Shown: positions 36,157 to 44,525, numbered from the stretch's first letter. The stretch: DNA of 64,000 nt from an uncultured Cryobacterium sp. (GCA_964651535.1 CAZYYE010000001.1:273547-337546); one strand, 5' to 3'. Numbers and translations: made by a program. The notes: generated by a model not told the origin, from the letters alone.

Positions 36157-36200
36157 CTCATAATCGTGAGGTCGCGGGTTCGAATCCCGCCCCAGCTACA
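36157..36200 (+). repeat. attR: second copy of the 44-bp tRNA-Met 3' segment
   Basis: Identical to 31564-31607. It is preceded by element DNA and is not a full tRNA, since there is no 5' half. Confidence 0.85.
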
Positions 36201-36270
36201 CATCGCGGATACGGCCTGCGTGCAGCCGACATTCAGACAACTCACACGAACTCTGACTACTTTGGCGCGC

Positions 36271-37179
36271 ATGGCACGTTCGTCGAGTGCACAGGCTCAG
36301 ACCATCGTCGTGGGCGGCAAACGCATCCACGTAACGAGCCTCGACAAGGTGATGTATCCGTCCACCGGCACCACCAAAGCCGACATTCTCGACTACTACA
36401 CGCGCATCGCCGAGGTGTTCATCCGGTACGCGCACGACCGGCCGGCAACGCGCAAGCGCTGGGTCGACGGGGTGGGGACAGCGCAGAAGCCAGGTGAATT
36501 CTTCTTCCAGAAAGACCTCGGCGAATCCGCGCCGGCATGGGTACAGCGTCGAACCATCAAACACAAAGAGCGCACGAACGAATATCCGCTTGTGAACAAC
36601 GCCGCCACTCTGGCGTGGCTCGCGCAGATCTCCGCTCTCGAAATCCACGTGCCGCAATGGCAGTTCAATCGCCGAGGTGATCCACGAAAACCTGACCGGC
36701 TCGTCCTGGATCTCGACCCCGGCGACGGGATCGGGCTTCCCGAATGTGCGGAAGTCGCCCGAGCCGCGGCGGCGATTCTCGACGACAAGAAAATGGCATG
36801 CTTTCCGGTGACGAGCGGCAGCAAAGGCATCCACCTCTACGCGCCCCTCGACGGAAAGCGCACGTCAGACGAGGTATCCGACATCGCGAATGAACTGGCG
36901 CGAGCGCTCGTCGCTGATCTGCCTGATCTGGTCGTCAGCGACATGAAACGAGCGCTGCGACCCGGCAAAGTCTTCGTGGACTGGAGCCAGAACAGGGCAT
37001 CCAAGACGACCATCGCCCCCTATTCCCTCCGAGGGAGGCTGCGACCCACCGTGGCAGCGCCGCGAACGTGGGCGGAATTGGAGTCGCCGACGCTCGCCCA
37101 ACTCGAATTCGGTGAGGTGCTCGAACGGGCAGAGGGCGGGAACGACCCTCTCGCGTCACTGATTCGAACGTCACCGTGA
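36271..37179 (+). CDS. Stand-alone LigD-type primase-polymerase (NHEJ PolDom-like)
   Basis: 302 aa with KVMYPSTGTTKADILDYY, LVLDLDP and SGSKGIHLY, typical of the LigD polymerase domain. The track ORF start at 36166 runs through attR and was rejected. Confidence 0.85.
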   Translation: MARSSSAQAQTIVVGGKRIHVTSLDKVMYPSTGTTKADILDYYTRIAEVFIRYAHDRPATRKRWVDGVGTAQKPGEFFFQKDLGESAPAWVQRRTIKHKERTNEYPLVNNAATLAWLAQISALEIHVPQWQFNRRGDPRKPDRLVLDLDPGDGIGLPECAEVARAAAAILDDKKMACFPVTSGSKGIHLYAPLDGKRTSDEVSDIANELARALVADLPDLVVSDMKRALRPGKVFVDWSQNRASKTTIAPYSLRGRLRPTVAAPRTWAELESPTLAQLEFGEVLERAEGGNDPLASLIRTSP

Positions 37180-37210
37180 AACCCGTCATCGGCGAAAGAA
37201 AGGAACTGCG

Positions 37211-37477
37211 ATGCCAGGCAAGAAGAATCCGCAACTGAAAGATCCGGAGCTCTACGGGGAGTTGCGCGATGAAGGTGCGTCCAAAGAGAAAGCCGCTCGA
37301 GTCTCCAACGCGATCGCGAAACGCGGAGCGTCCGCGGTGGGGCGAAAGGGCGGGAAATCCGGATCCTACGACGACTGGACGGTCAGCGAACTCCGCGACC
37401 GTGCGAAAGAACTGGGGCTTGAAGGGTACTCGGGGAAAAGAAAGTCGGAACTCATCGACCTGCTGCGTCACCACTGA
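37211..37477 (+). CDS. Rho termination factor N-terminal (Rho_N) domain small protein
   Basis: 88 aa with a C-terminal TVSELRDRAKELGLEGYSGKRKSELIDLL, a SAP/Rho_N-like motif. Confidence 0.75.
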   Translation: MPGKKNPQLKDPELYGELRDEGASKEKAARVSNAIAKRGASAVGRKGGKSGSYDDWTVSELRDRAKELGLEGYSGKRKSELIDLLRHH

Positions 37478-37531
37478 ACAGTCCCGAACTCTGGCCGAGA
37501 GGCTCTATCGTGAAAGAAAGGATGGCCCGAC

Positions 37532-38002
37532 ATGGCAACGGATCCGCTGCTGCCGAGTGAAGTTTCACCTGTGGTCGGCGGCTTCGACCGCTTCGCGGAA
37601 GGTGCGTCGAAAGTCGCCAGCCGCGCGTGGTTCTTCGCGTTTTGCGTGCTGCTCGTCGTGGTGTGGGCGCCGTCGATCATCTTTCTCAAAGACATCGACA
37701 CGTGGCAGCTGATCATCAACACCCTCACGACGATCGTGACATTCCTCATGGTCGCTTTGTTGCAGAACAGCCAGACGCGCGCGGACCTGGCGCTTCAGCA
37801 CAAACTCAACGCCATCGCCGAAATGCTGGCGCATATCGCCGAGGACCGGGGTCTGAGCGACGACGCCACGGAGCTTCGCGATGCGGTCGGACTCGAGACG
37901 CGTGAGAGCACGAGCGACAACAGCACCGACGAGAATGCGTCGGCACAGAAGAAGCCGGCACAGAAGAAGTCGACACAGAAGAGCTCCCGAACCAGGAAAT
38001 AG
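37532..38002 (+). CDS. Low-affinity iron permease family protein
   Basis: Two TMs with WQLIINTLTTIVTFLMVALLQNSQ and LALQHKLNAI, as in the low-affinity Fe permease family. Confidence 0.75.
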   Translation: MATDPLLPSEVSPVVGGFDRFAEGASKVASRAWFFAFCVLLVVVWAPSIIFLKDIDTWQLIINTLTTIVTFLMVALLQNSQTRADLALQHKLNAIAEMLAHIAEDRGLSDDATELRDAVGLETRESTSDNSTDENASAQKKPAQKKSTQKSSRTRK

Positions 38003-38162
38003 GGTCCAGCGCACGCGTATAGTTTTCTGCGAACGTGACACGATCCGAGGAGGTGAGCCCGATGCACGCACTGTCCACTTTGGGCGCTCCTTCGAGATCA
38101 CGATCACGCGACTGACGTAGCCGTCGCGGGGGCGCCACACGCACTCCCAGAAAGCCACGGCT

Positions 38163-39077
38163 ATGAAACCTTCTCTTCAACGCGACACCGAGGCGCCCTC
38201 CGGCGACGCCTCGGGATTCACAAACCGCACAGCGCTCGTCCTGGGTGGTGGCGGATCCGCAGGCAATGCCTGGTTGATCGGCGTCATCGCCGGCCTGCAT
38301 GGCGCGGGGCTGGATGTCACCAATGCCGACCTCATCATCGGCACGTCGGCCGGCGCAACAGCGGCGGCCCAGATCACCGGCGCCAGTCCCACCGAACTGT
38401 TCGCGAGCATTCTTACGGCACCGACACTGCAGCGAGTTGCGGCCGGACCCATTCCGAACCTCCAAAGCGAGGGCCTGGAGAGGGTCACCCGAATCAGCGC
38501 AGCTTCCGTGGATGCGGCCGATATGCGCCGCAGGATGGGCGCGGCCGCCATCGAACTGGATGCCGACTCCCATGGTTCCGACCGCTGGCGCGCCATCGTG
38601 GCCGCTCGGCTGCCGAATCCTGCATGGCCGCAGCAGAGGGTGGTCATGACCGCCGTCGATGCGGGTACGGGAGAGGACGCCCTGCTGGACCGCGACAGCG
38701 GTGTGGATCTCATCGACGCGGTAGCCGCGAGTACATCCGGCGGGCCGGCCTACCGCATCGGCGAAAGGAAGTACATCGATGGCGGGTACCGCCGCAACGA
38801 GAACGCCGATCTGGCCGCGGGCTACGAGCGCGTGCTTGTGCTGTCGCCGCTCGGCGGGAGGACACTGCACCCGCTGGAGTGGCGCATGCAGTTGTCCGCG
38901 CAGGTCGAAGACCTGGAGGCGAGCGGAAGCACGGTCGAGGCGATCCTGCCGGACCGCAACTCTCTCGAGGCGTTCGGCGACAACATGATGAACCTGTCGA
39001 CGCGCCCGGCCGCAGCCCAGTCGGGGCACGACCAGGGAACGGCGCTCGCGGAACAGCTCGCAGAATTCTGGCGCTGA
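38163..39077 (+). CDS. Patatin-like phospholipase
   Basis: Oxyanion GGGGSAG, nucleophile elbow GTSAG and catalytic DGG (IDGGYR). Confidence 0.85.
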   Translation: MKPSLQRDTEAPSGDASGFTNRTALVLGGGGSAGNAWLIGVIAGLHGAGLDVTNADLIIGTSAGATAAAQITGASPTELFASILTAPTLQRVAAGPIPNLQSEGLERVTRISAASVDAADMRRRMGAAAIELDADSHGSDRWRAIVAARLPNPAWPQQRVVMTAVDAGTGEDALLDRDSGVDLIDAVAASTSGGPAYRIGERKYIDGGYRRNENADLAAGYERVLVLSPLGGRTLHPLEWRMQLSAQVEDLEASGSTVEAILPDRNSLEAFGDNMMNLSTRPAAAQSGHDQGTALAEQLAEFWR

Positions 39078-39084
39078 GCGAGGG

Positions 39085-39423
39085 TCAACTTTGCGGATCG
39101 AAACCGAACTCCCGCAGCTCTTGCGAGCAACGGCAGGCGACCGCAATCTTTCTGGCCCACTCTTCGGCATCCGCCCGGGTTGGCAGCTCAAGGACGGTGA
39201 ACCCGCCATTGAGCTGTGAGCCGGGATAGATCTCCGTGGATACCGACCCGTCCGCGGAAACCATTACCGGGTCGACGCTCTCGTCGATGCCGCCGCCGAA
39301 CACGTAAACGCCTGCCGCCTTCGCCTCCTCGATGACGGCGTGGGATTCCGCGACGACAACAGGGAACTCATCGTCGGTGAGCACCATGGCTTCGCTCGGG
39401 AAAGAAATGAGATACTTCGTCAT
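39085..39423 (-). CDS. YciI-like family protein
   Basis: 112 aa from MTKYLISFP, about the size of a YciI-like protein with a similar pattern. The track start at 39495 is an extension. Confidence 0.65.
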   Translation of the reverse strand: MTKYLISFPSEAMVLTDDEFPVVVAESHAVIEEAKAAGVYVFGGGIDESVDPVMVSADGSVSTEIYPGSQLNGGFTVLELPTRADAEEWARKIAVACRCSQELREFGFDPQS

Positions 39424-39519
39424 TGCTTCATGGTGCTCCGTGGTCGTCCTGGGTGGCAAGTGCAGGATCTCGCGCCGACGTGGAGCGTCCTCCATCGTTC
39501 AGCGCGAACTCCCCTGCCG

Positions 39520-40476
39520 TCAGCGGCGGTTGTCGCGAATCGTCTTGAGCCAACCGTCGATGATGTCCCACAACCCGAATCCGATGATCCCGGCGCCCAC
39601 GATGGTGGCGAGTATGCGGAGGGTCTCCGCGGTCACTCCGTTGTCCGTAAACACGACGGCGATGAATTCGGGGTTCAGCAGTTGCCCGGCGACGAGCAGA
39701 GCCATCGCCGGAACCGCGAACGCGATGGCGAGCGCAGTATTCAAGGCCGCGAACATCGCGCTCCAGCGCCCTGTCCGGTAGACGGAAATCACGAGGGCGG
39801 TCTTTGCCGCCATGATCGCGAGCAGCCCGACGATCCACCACGGCCACAATTCGGGGGCGAGGACGGGAAGCCACTCGGAGTCGATGTACGCCAAGCCGCG
39901 GATCCGGTCCCAGAGAAGCACGCCGACGCCAGCGGCGAGAAACACGAGGCTCGCAATCAGGTCGGACAGGCCAGCGCCCCTGTGCCGAATCTCTGGAAGC
40001 ATCTCGACACCCCATGCGGTCGGCACCGTTGCGCCGCTGGTGCGCTCCAGCACGGCAAACACGAGAGTCACCCAGAACGCAAGGTGAACGACGACGGCCA
40101 ATCCCACCGAGATCGCGCTTCCGATGATTCCGCCGACGGGCGCCCCGGAGAGCACCATGCTGAGAACCACACCTCCCATGGACACGGCGGGAACGATCGC
40201 GAGGAGCACTTTCAGCAGGCGCCACCACGTGAGGTAGAAACGCGGCCCGATGAGGTGCAGCGGCCGATCAGCGTATCCCGCGGCGAGAACGCCGGGGTCG
40301 CCGAGGTCCGTCAGCACGTCCCGCTCGGAGATTTCGGGAGTCACCCCAGTCGCGGCGCGCGCTTCAATGGCATCGGCGATGCTGACCTCGAGTTCGGTCC
40401 GCACATCGTCGCGGGATGCGGGCGGGAGGCTGCGAATCACAGCGTCGATGTATCGTTCGGTGAGTGTGGCGGTCAT
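39520..40476 (-). CDS. Membrane protein, PadR-associated (permease-prefix-like N terminus)
   Basis: 318 aa from MTATLTERYIDAVIRSLP, the typical N terminus of proteins encoded downstream of padR, followed by about 6 TMs. Confidence 0.65.
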   Translation of the reverse strand: MTATLTERYIDAVIRSLPPASRDDVRTELEVSIADAIEARAATGVTPEISERDVLTDLGDPGVLAAGYADRPLHLIGPRFYLTWWRLLKVLLAIVPAVSMGGVVLSMVLSGAPVGGIIGSAISVGLAVVVHLAFWVTLVFAVLERTSGATVPTAWGVEMLPEIRHRGAGLSDLIASLVFLAAGVGVLLWDRIRGLAYIDSEWLPVLAPELWPWWIVGLLAIMAAKTALVISVYRTGRWSAMFAALNTALAIAFAVPAMALLVAGQLLNPEFIAVVFTDNGVTAETLRILATIVGAGIIGFGLWDIIDGWLKTIRDNRR

Positions 40477-40477
40477 A

Positions 40478-40816
40478 TCAGTGCTCCTCCTCTGTGAGCG
40501 AGGCAATCGCGGCGGTGAGCGTGAGCCATTCTCGGGTGAGAGTGTCGGCGAGCTGGATGCCGGAGGCCGAGGTGCGGTAGAACTTGCGGGGACGTGCTTG
40601 CTCCGTATTCCACTCACTGGTCAGGAAACCCTGCTTTTCCAGCCGGCGGAGGAGCGGATACAACGTATTGGCGTCGGTAGCGAATCCCGATTTTTCGAGC
40701 TCTTCGAGCAGGCCATAGCCGTAACCGGGAGCGCGCAGCAGTTGGAGGCACGCCAGCACCATCGTGCCGCGGCGCAACTCCTGCAGGTGCGTATCCAGCA
40801 GCTCGTTCTCGCTCAT
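40478..40816 (-). CDS. PadR family transcriptional regulator
   Basis: GYGLLEELEKSG ... LYPLLRRLEKQGFL winged-helix signature. I prefer ATG 40816; GTG 40840 is possible. Confidence 0.85.
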   Translation of the reverse strand: MSENELLDTHLQELRRGTMVLACLQLLRAPGYGYGLLEELEKSGFATDANTLYPLLRRLEKQGFLTSEWNTEQARPRKFYRTSASGIQLADTLTREWLTLTAAIASLTEEEH

Positions 40817-40979
40817 GTCAAGCACATTACTGTGTGTCACACACTATTGTCAATATCCAGACGCGGGTTCGCTCGCAAGGGTGGCTATGATTCACAACGA
40901 ATCCGGTTTCCGGTTTCGAGTCGGCAATGATCGCGTGAAGTGAAGGCGTGTGTCGGACCTCGTTCGCTTGGAGAACTGC

Positions 40980-41166
40980 ATGGGGAAACTTGTCTACGGC
41001 GGGCAATCCGCGGAGATAGAGCTGGATCGACCGGTCCATTCCCCTGTATTTCACCTTCTACGGCAGCAAAATCCCGACCATAAACTCGGTATGGCTGGAA
41101 ATGCTCAACGACTCCGCGAACAGCGCCCCAGGCCTTGTCCTGATGTCCGAGCCTGAGGTCGAGTGA
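40980..41166 (+). pseudogene. Decayed paralogue of the 98-aa gene at 41169-41465 (internal deletion plus +1 frameshift)
   Basis: Frame 1 gives MGKLVYGGQSAEIELDR, compared with MGYLLYGRPAEEIEIEDR in the intact gene. From 41038 the +1 frame gives IPLYFTFYGSKIPTINSVWLEMLNDSANSAPGLVLMSEPEVE, compared with IPLHFKFHESKQPELDRVWLEALMKTANSVDGLRLIPEPE. Confidence 0.55.
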
Positions 41167-41168
41167 TC

Positions 41169-41465
41169 CTACTCGGGCTCGGGAATGAGCCTCAAACCGT
41201 CCACGCTGTTCGCCGTTTTCATGAGAGCCTCAAGCCAGACTCGGTCGAGCTCCGGCTGTTTCGATTCATGAAATTTGAAGTGCAGAGGAATCGCCGGATG
41301 GAGCCAGACGGTTGAGCGGCCTTCTTCCCCGTCCTCGTGCTGGAACGAGAAGGGGAACGGCTCCCCCCGGCGCAGCTTCGTCAGGATCACAATTTTGACG
41401 TGCGCGAGAACTCGGTCCTCAATCTCGATTTCTTCGGCGGGCCGGCCGTAAAGGAGATATCCCAT
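41169..41465 (-). CDS. Conserved hypothetical small protein
   Basis: 98 aa, MGYLLYGRPAEEIEIEDRVLAHVKIVILTKLRRGEPFPFSF. It resembles a conserved actinobacterial hypothetical family that I cannot name with confidence. Confidence 0.6.
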   Translation of the reverse strand: MGYLLYGRPAEEIEIEDRVLAHVKIVILTKLRRGEPFPFSFQHEDGEEGRSTVWLHPAIPLHFKFHESKQPELDRVWLEALMKTANSVDGLRLIPEPE

Positions 41466-41473
41466 GAAGTCAC

Positions 41474-41719
41474 CTAGGGCTCGTCGAGCCCCAAATGGCT
41501 GCCCTCCGTCGTCGCGGTTTTGGCGTGCAGGACGTGATCTTTCCCATTTGCTGTGTTTAGGCCAATTTGCACTTCGATTGCGGCAGGTCGGCCTGTCGGG
41601 TTCAGGGTCACAATTGCGGACATTCCGCTACTGGCCAACGTGGTAGCAAATTGCTCCAGAGCGTCGGCAACATCGTCCTCCAAAACGACTGTTCCGCCTG
41701 CGTGGCTGATTTCCTTCAT
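41474..41719 (-). CDS. Hypothetical protein
   Basis: 81-aa ORF lying 8 nt upstream of the 98-aa gene, probably in the same operon. I do not recognise the family. Confidence 0.45.
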   Translation of the reverse strand: MKEISHAGGTVVLEDDVADALEQFATTLASSGMSAIVTLNPTGRPAAIEVQIGLNTANGKDHVLHAKTATTEGSHLGLDEP

Positions 41720-41903
41720 GATTCCATGCTGTTTGGTGGGTTTAACTTCGTCAACCCCCTTGCGGCGAGCCGCGTGCGGTGTCCGGATTCTTTATCAGCT
41801 TCTGTGTGGGTTGGCAAGGCCCTTGATCCACCCCGCACGGGCCAGCACATAATGTGGCCAGGGTCGAGTTGGTCGATCTCAGAGCGAAAGGTAGGACCGG
41901 GAA

Positions 41904-42068
41904 ATGAGTTCACTTTTTGTCATTCTGGCGATTATCGCCATCATCCTGCTGTTTGTCGGTGGATTCGTCAAAGCCGTCAACTTCCTGTTGTGGGTGGGCA
42001 TCATCCTTTTGATCGTCGCCGTCATCGGATGGCTCTTTCGATTCATCACCGGGCGTCGATCGGTGTAG
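41904..42068 (+). CDS. 54-aa two-TM miniprotein (Lmo0937-like)
   Basis: Hand translation: MSSLFVILAIIAIILLFVGGFVKAVNFLLWVGIILLIVAVIGWLFRFITGRRSV. It is below the track cutoff. Confidence 0.5.
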   Translation: MSSLFVILAIIAIILLFVGGFVKAVNFLLWVGIILLIVAVIGWLFRFITGRRSV

Positions 42069-42160
42069 CTCGCTGCAAAGCGGTCCAGCCCGCGTCCTCT
42101 CCGGTCTGGACCGCAATCGCGCTGCGTGCTTCTGGTGGAGCGGCGGAAGGGGTATTGGAG

Positions 42161-42379
42161 ATGGACAGGAACCGTCCAGCCAATGTGGCTGCGCCGACAA
42201 ACGAACGCGATTGGGAAGTGCGCGGCGGAAATTGGGATCGCGTTGGCGGAGGACACCTCATTGGCTACATCGCCGAGGTCGGGGGCGTTTACGAAGTCGA
42301 AAAACTGACGGGGGTGAGGGTGCACGAATACTGCGCCACCTTCAAAGAAGCGATGGAGCGTTTCGAAGAAGAGGGGTGA
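42161..42379 (+). CDS. Hypothetical 72-aa protein
   Basis: This is the tail of track ORF 41567..42379, starting at MDRNRPAN. The rest of that ORF crosses other genes. Confidence 0.4.
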   Translation: MDRNRPANVAAPTNERDWEVRGGNWDRVGGGHLIGYIAEVGGVYEVEKLTGVRVHEYCATFKEAMERFEEEG

Positions 42380-42384
42380 GTTTG

Positions 42385-42573
42385 ATGGTCAGTGCTGCGG
42401 TCATTTGGGCAGGGCTGCTCGTCGCCAGTACGGCAGGGGGACTGATTTTCGCCCATGTGGGCTCGCACTCACTGCGACTGACGATGGCGACGGGCGGTGT
42501 ACTCGCGTGCATCATGGTTTCGTCGATGGCGACGATCCTGCTGGTCACGAGCGGCGCCCTCGGAGTGGGCTGA
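42385..42573 (+). CDS. Hypothetical 62-aa two-TM protein
   Basis: MVSAAVIWAGLLVASTAGGLIFAHVGSHSLRLTMATGGVLACIMVSSMATILLVTSGALGVG. It follows the previous ORF closely. Confidence 0.35.
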   Translation: MVSAAVIWAGLLVASTAGGLIFAHVGSHSLRLTMATGGVLACIMVSSMATILLVTSGALGVG

Positions 42574-42779
42574 TCTCGGTCGCCCGAACTGCGCTCTTGG
42601 GGCGCTCTACGAGCGGACGTGTCAGTGGCCTTAGACTCCAGAAGCCGCACGAGGGCCCGGTTGTTCGACATAGGCTGAACGCGATTGCCGCATTGCCCGC
42701 CGATTGCGCTGGCGGCGAGGGCGAAGTGTGATGTGGCTCCCGAACGAGACGATGCGGCGGAAATTGCGAAAGGCACCCA

Positions 42780-43604
42780 GTGAAATCAGTTGAAGGACGC
42801 ATCGTCGTCATCACGGGCGGCGCCATGGGCATGGGCAAAATCTATGCCGAGCGTGCGGTCGCCGAGGGCGCTTCCCACGTGGTGCTCCTCGACGTGAACG
42901 CGGATGCGCTCGCCGCGACGGTGGCCGAACTTGAGACTGCAGGCGGCACCGTCGCCAGCTACGTCGTCGACCTCGCGTCGCGCACCGCCATCGCGAAGGT
43001 CGCGGCGCGCATCCGCAAGGACGTCGGCGACCCCCAGGTTCTCATCAACAACGCGGGGATCGTGCGCAGCAGCTACTTCTGGGAGCACGACCCGGCGCGC
43101 GACATCGAGGCGACGATGCAGATCAACGCGCTCGCGGCCATGTACCTCTCCCGCGAATTCCTGCCCGCCATGATCGCGGATGCCGGGCCGTGCCGCATCC
43201 TGAACATCGCCTCAGCCGCGGGCACCGTGTCCAACCCGCGGATGAGCGTCTACGCCGCGTCCAAGTGGGCGATGATCGGCTGGAGCGACTCCGTGCGCCT
43301 CGAGCTCGAGAAAGCCGGGCATACCCACGTGAAGGTCACGACGTTCGCGCCCACCTACATCAGCACGGGCATGTTCGAGGGCGCCCGCGGGATGCTGTGG
43401 ACACCCGTCATGACGCCCGAAGGAGCGACGACCGCGGCATGGAACGCGATGCTGAAGGGCCGCCCGCTGCTCATGAAACCATGGACCGTCGGTTTCGGGC
43501 GCGCCGTGAAAGGATTGCTGCCCACTCGGGCGTGGGACTTTTTGGCCCGGCGCGTGTTCAGGGTGTACAGCTCGATGGACGAGTTCACGGGCCGCAACAC
43601 GTAG
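42780..43604 (+). CDS. SDR family oxidoreductase
   Basis: ITGGAMGMG cofactor motif, NNAG, and the catalytic YAASKWA (YxxxK). Confidence 0.9.
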   Translation: MKSVEGRIVVITGGAMGMGKIYAERAVAEGASHVVLLDVNADALAATVAELETAGGTVASYVVDLASRTAIAKVAARIRKDVGDPQVLINNAGIVRSSYFWEHDPARDIEATMQINALAAMYLSREFLPAMIADAGPCRILNIASAAGTVSNPRMSVYAASKWAMIGWSDSVRLELEKAGHTHVKVTTFAPTYISTGMFEGARGMLWTPVMTPEGATTAAWNAMLKGRPLLMKPWTVGFGRAVKGLLPTRAWDFLARRVFRVYSSMDEFTGRNT

Positions 43605-43625
43605 CGGGCCGGATATCATGACGTC

Positions 43626-44525
43626 GTGAAGTCGAGCGATGAGGCAGCGCAGAAAGACGCGGTGCTCGCTGAGTTCGACTGGAGCGTTCTCCCTCCCGGA
43701 AGCACGGCATCGAGATTCGCAGCGCCGAGCGGGGACCTCGCGTTCGTCGCCATGGGCGATGAGGATGCGCCGCGCGTCGTGCTCGTCCCCGGCGTGACGG
43801 GCTCGAAGGAAGACTTCTCGCGCATGCTGCCGGGCCTGGCCGAAGCCGGATATCTCGTGCAGAGTTACGACATCGCGGGGCAATTCGAATCCGCCGCCGC
43901 CGGCCCCTCGCACCGCGGCCCGGGCCGCGCTCACTACGACTACGAACTGTTCGTTGCGGACCTCATCGCCGTCCTCAAGTCCGGTCGCCGCCCTGCACAC
44001 GTGCTCGGGTACTCGTTCGCAGGCGTCGTCGCCCAGATCGCCCTCGAGCGCAGACCCGATCTGTTCGCCAGCATCAGCCTTCTCAGCACTCCGCCGCGGC
44101 CAGGCCAATCGTTCCGCACCGTCAAGCGGATCGGCTGGCTGTCCGGAATCACGGGCGGGAGGCTCGGGGCCGCCCTCATGATCTGGGGCATCCGCCTCAA
44201 CGTCGTACCCGCAGACGCCGACCGGGTGAGGTTCGTCAAACACCGGCTCACGTTCACGCGGCGCAGCAGCGTTCGCGACGTCATCCGATTGATGAAACGC
44301 ACTCCCGACCTGAGGCGCATGCTCGCCGAGTCGCCCATACCTAAGTTGGTGGCGGTCGGCAGGCACGACTTGTGGCCGGAAGAACTCCACCGGGAATTCG
44401 CCCGTGAAATTGGTGCGCAGTTCGCCGTGTACCCGACCGGGCACAGCCCCTGCGAGACCACCCCGAACCAACTCAATCGCGACTTGCTGGCACTGTTCGC
44501 AAGGTCGAGCGGCACAGCCCGCTAG
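43626..44525 (+). CDS. Alpha/beta hydrolase
   Basis: Nucleophile elbow GYSFAG, a C-terminal GHSP His, and the expected overall length. Confidence 0.85.
   Translation: MKSSDEAAQKDAVLAEFDWSVLPPGSTASRFAAPSGDLAFVAMGDEDAPRVVLVPGVTGSKEDFSRMLPGLAEAGYLVQSYDIAGQFESAAAGPSHRGPGRAHYDYELFVADLIAVLKSGRRPAHVLGYSFAGVVAQIALERRPDLFASISLLSTPPRPGQSFRTVKRIGWLSGITGGRLGAALMIWGIRLNVVPADADRVRFVKHRLTFTRRSSVRDVIRLMKRTPDLRRMLAESPIPKLVAVGRHDLWPEELHREFAREIGAQFAVYPTGHSPCETTPNQLNRDLLALFARSSGTAR

Larger units (their letters stand above)
31564..36200. mobile_element. Integrative element (about 4.6 kb) in tRNA-Met: int, HTH gene, TM effector, cyclase, CxxC miniprotein, RepSA-like rep
   Basis: Perfect 44-bp direct repeats bound the element. 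A tyrosine integrase abuts the intact tRNA, a pSAM2-type replication initiator sits at the other end, and the central cargo is visibly AT-richer. Confidence 0.8.

Noticed and set aside
36166-36270. N-terminal 35 codons of track ORF 36166..37179
   Set aside because: They translate the attR copy of the tRNA-Met 3' end. The LigD-type polymerase begins at ATG 36271 (MARSSSAQ).
37806-39209. 467-aa minus-strand ORF
   Set aside because: It is antisense to the patatin-like phospholipase, which has GGGxxG, GxSxG and DGG motifs. It is a shadow ORF.
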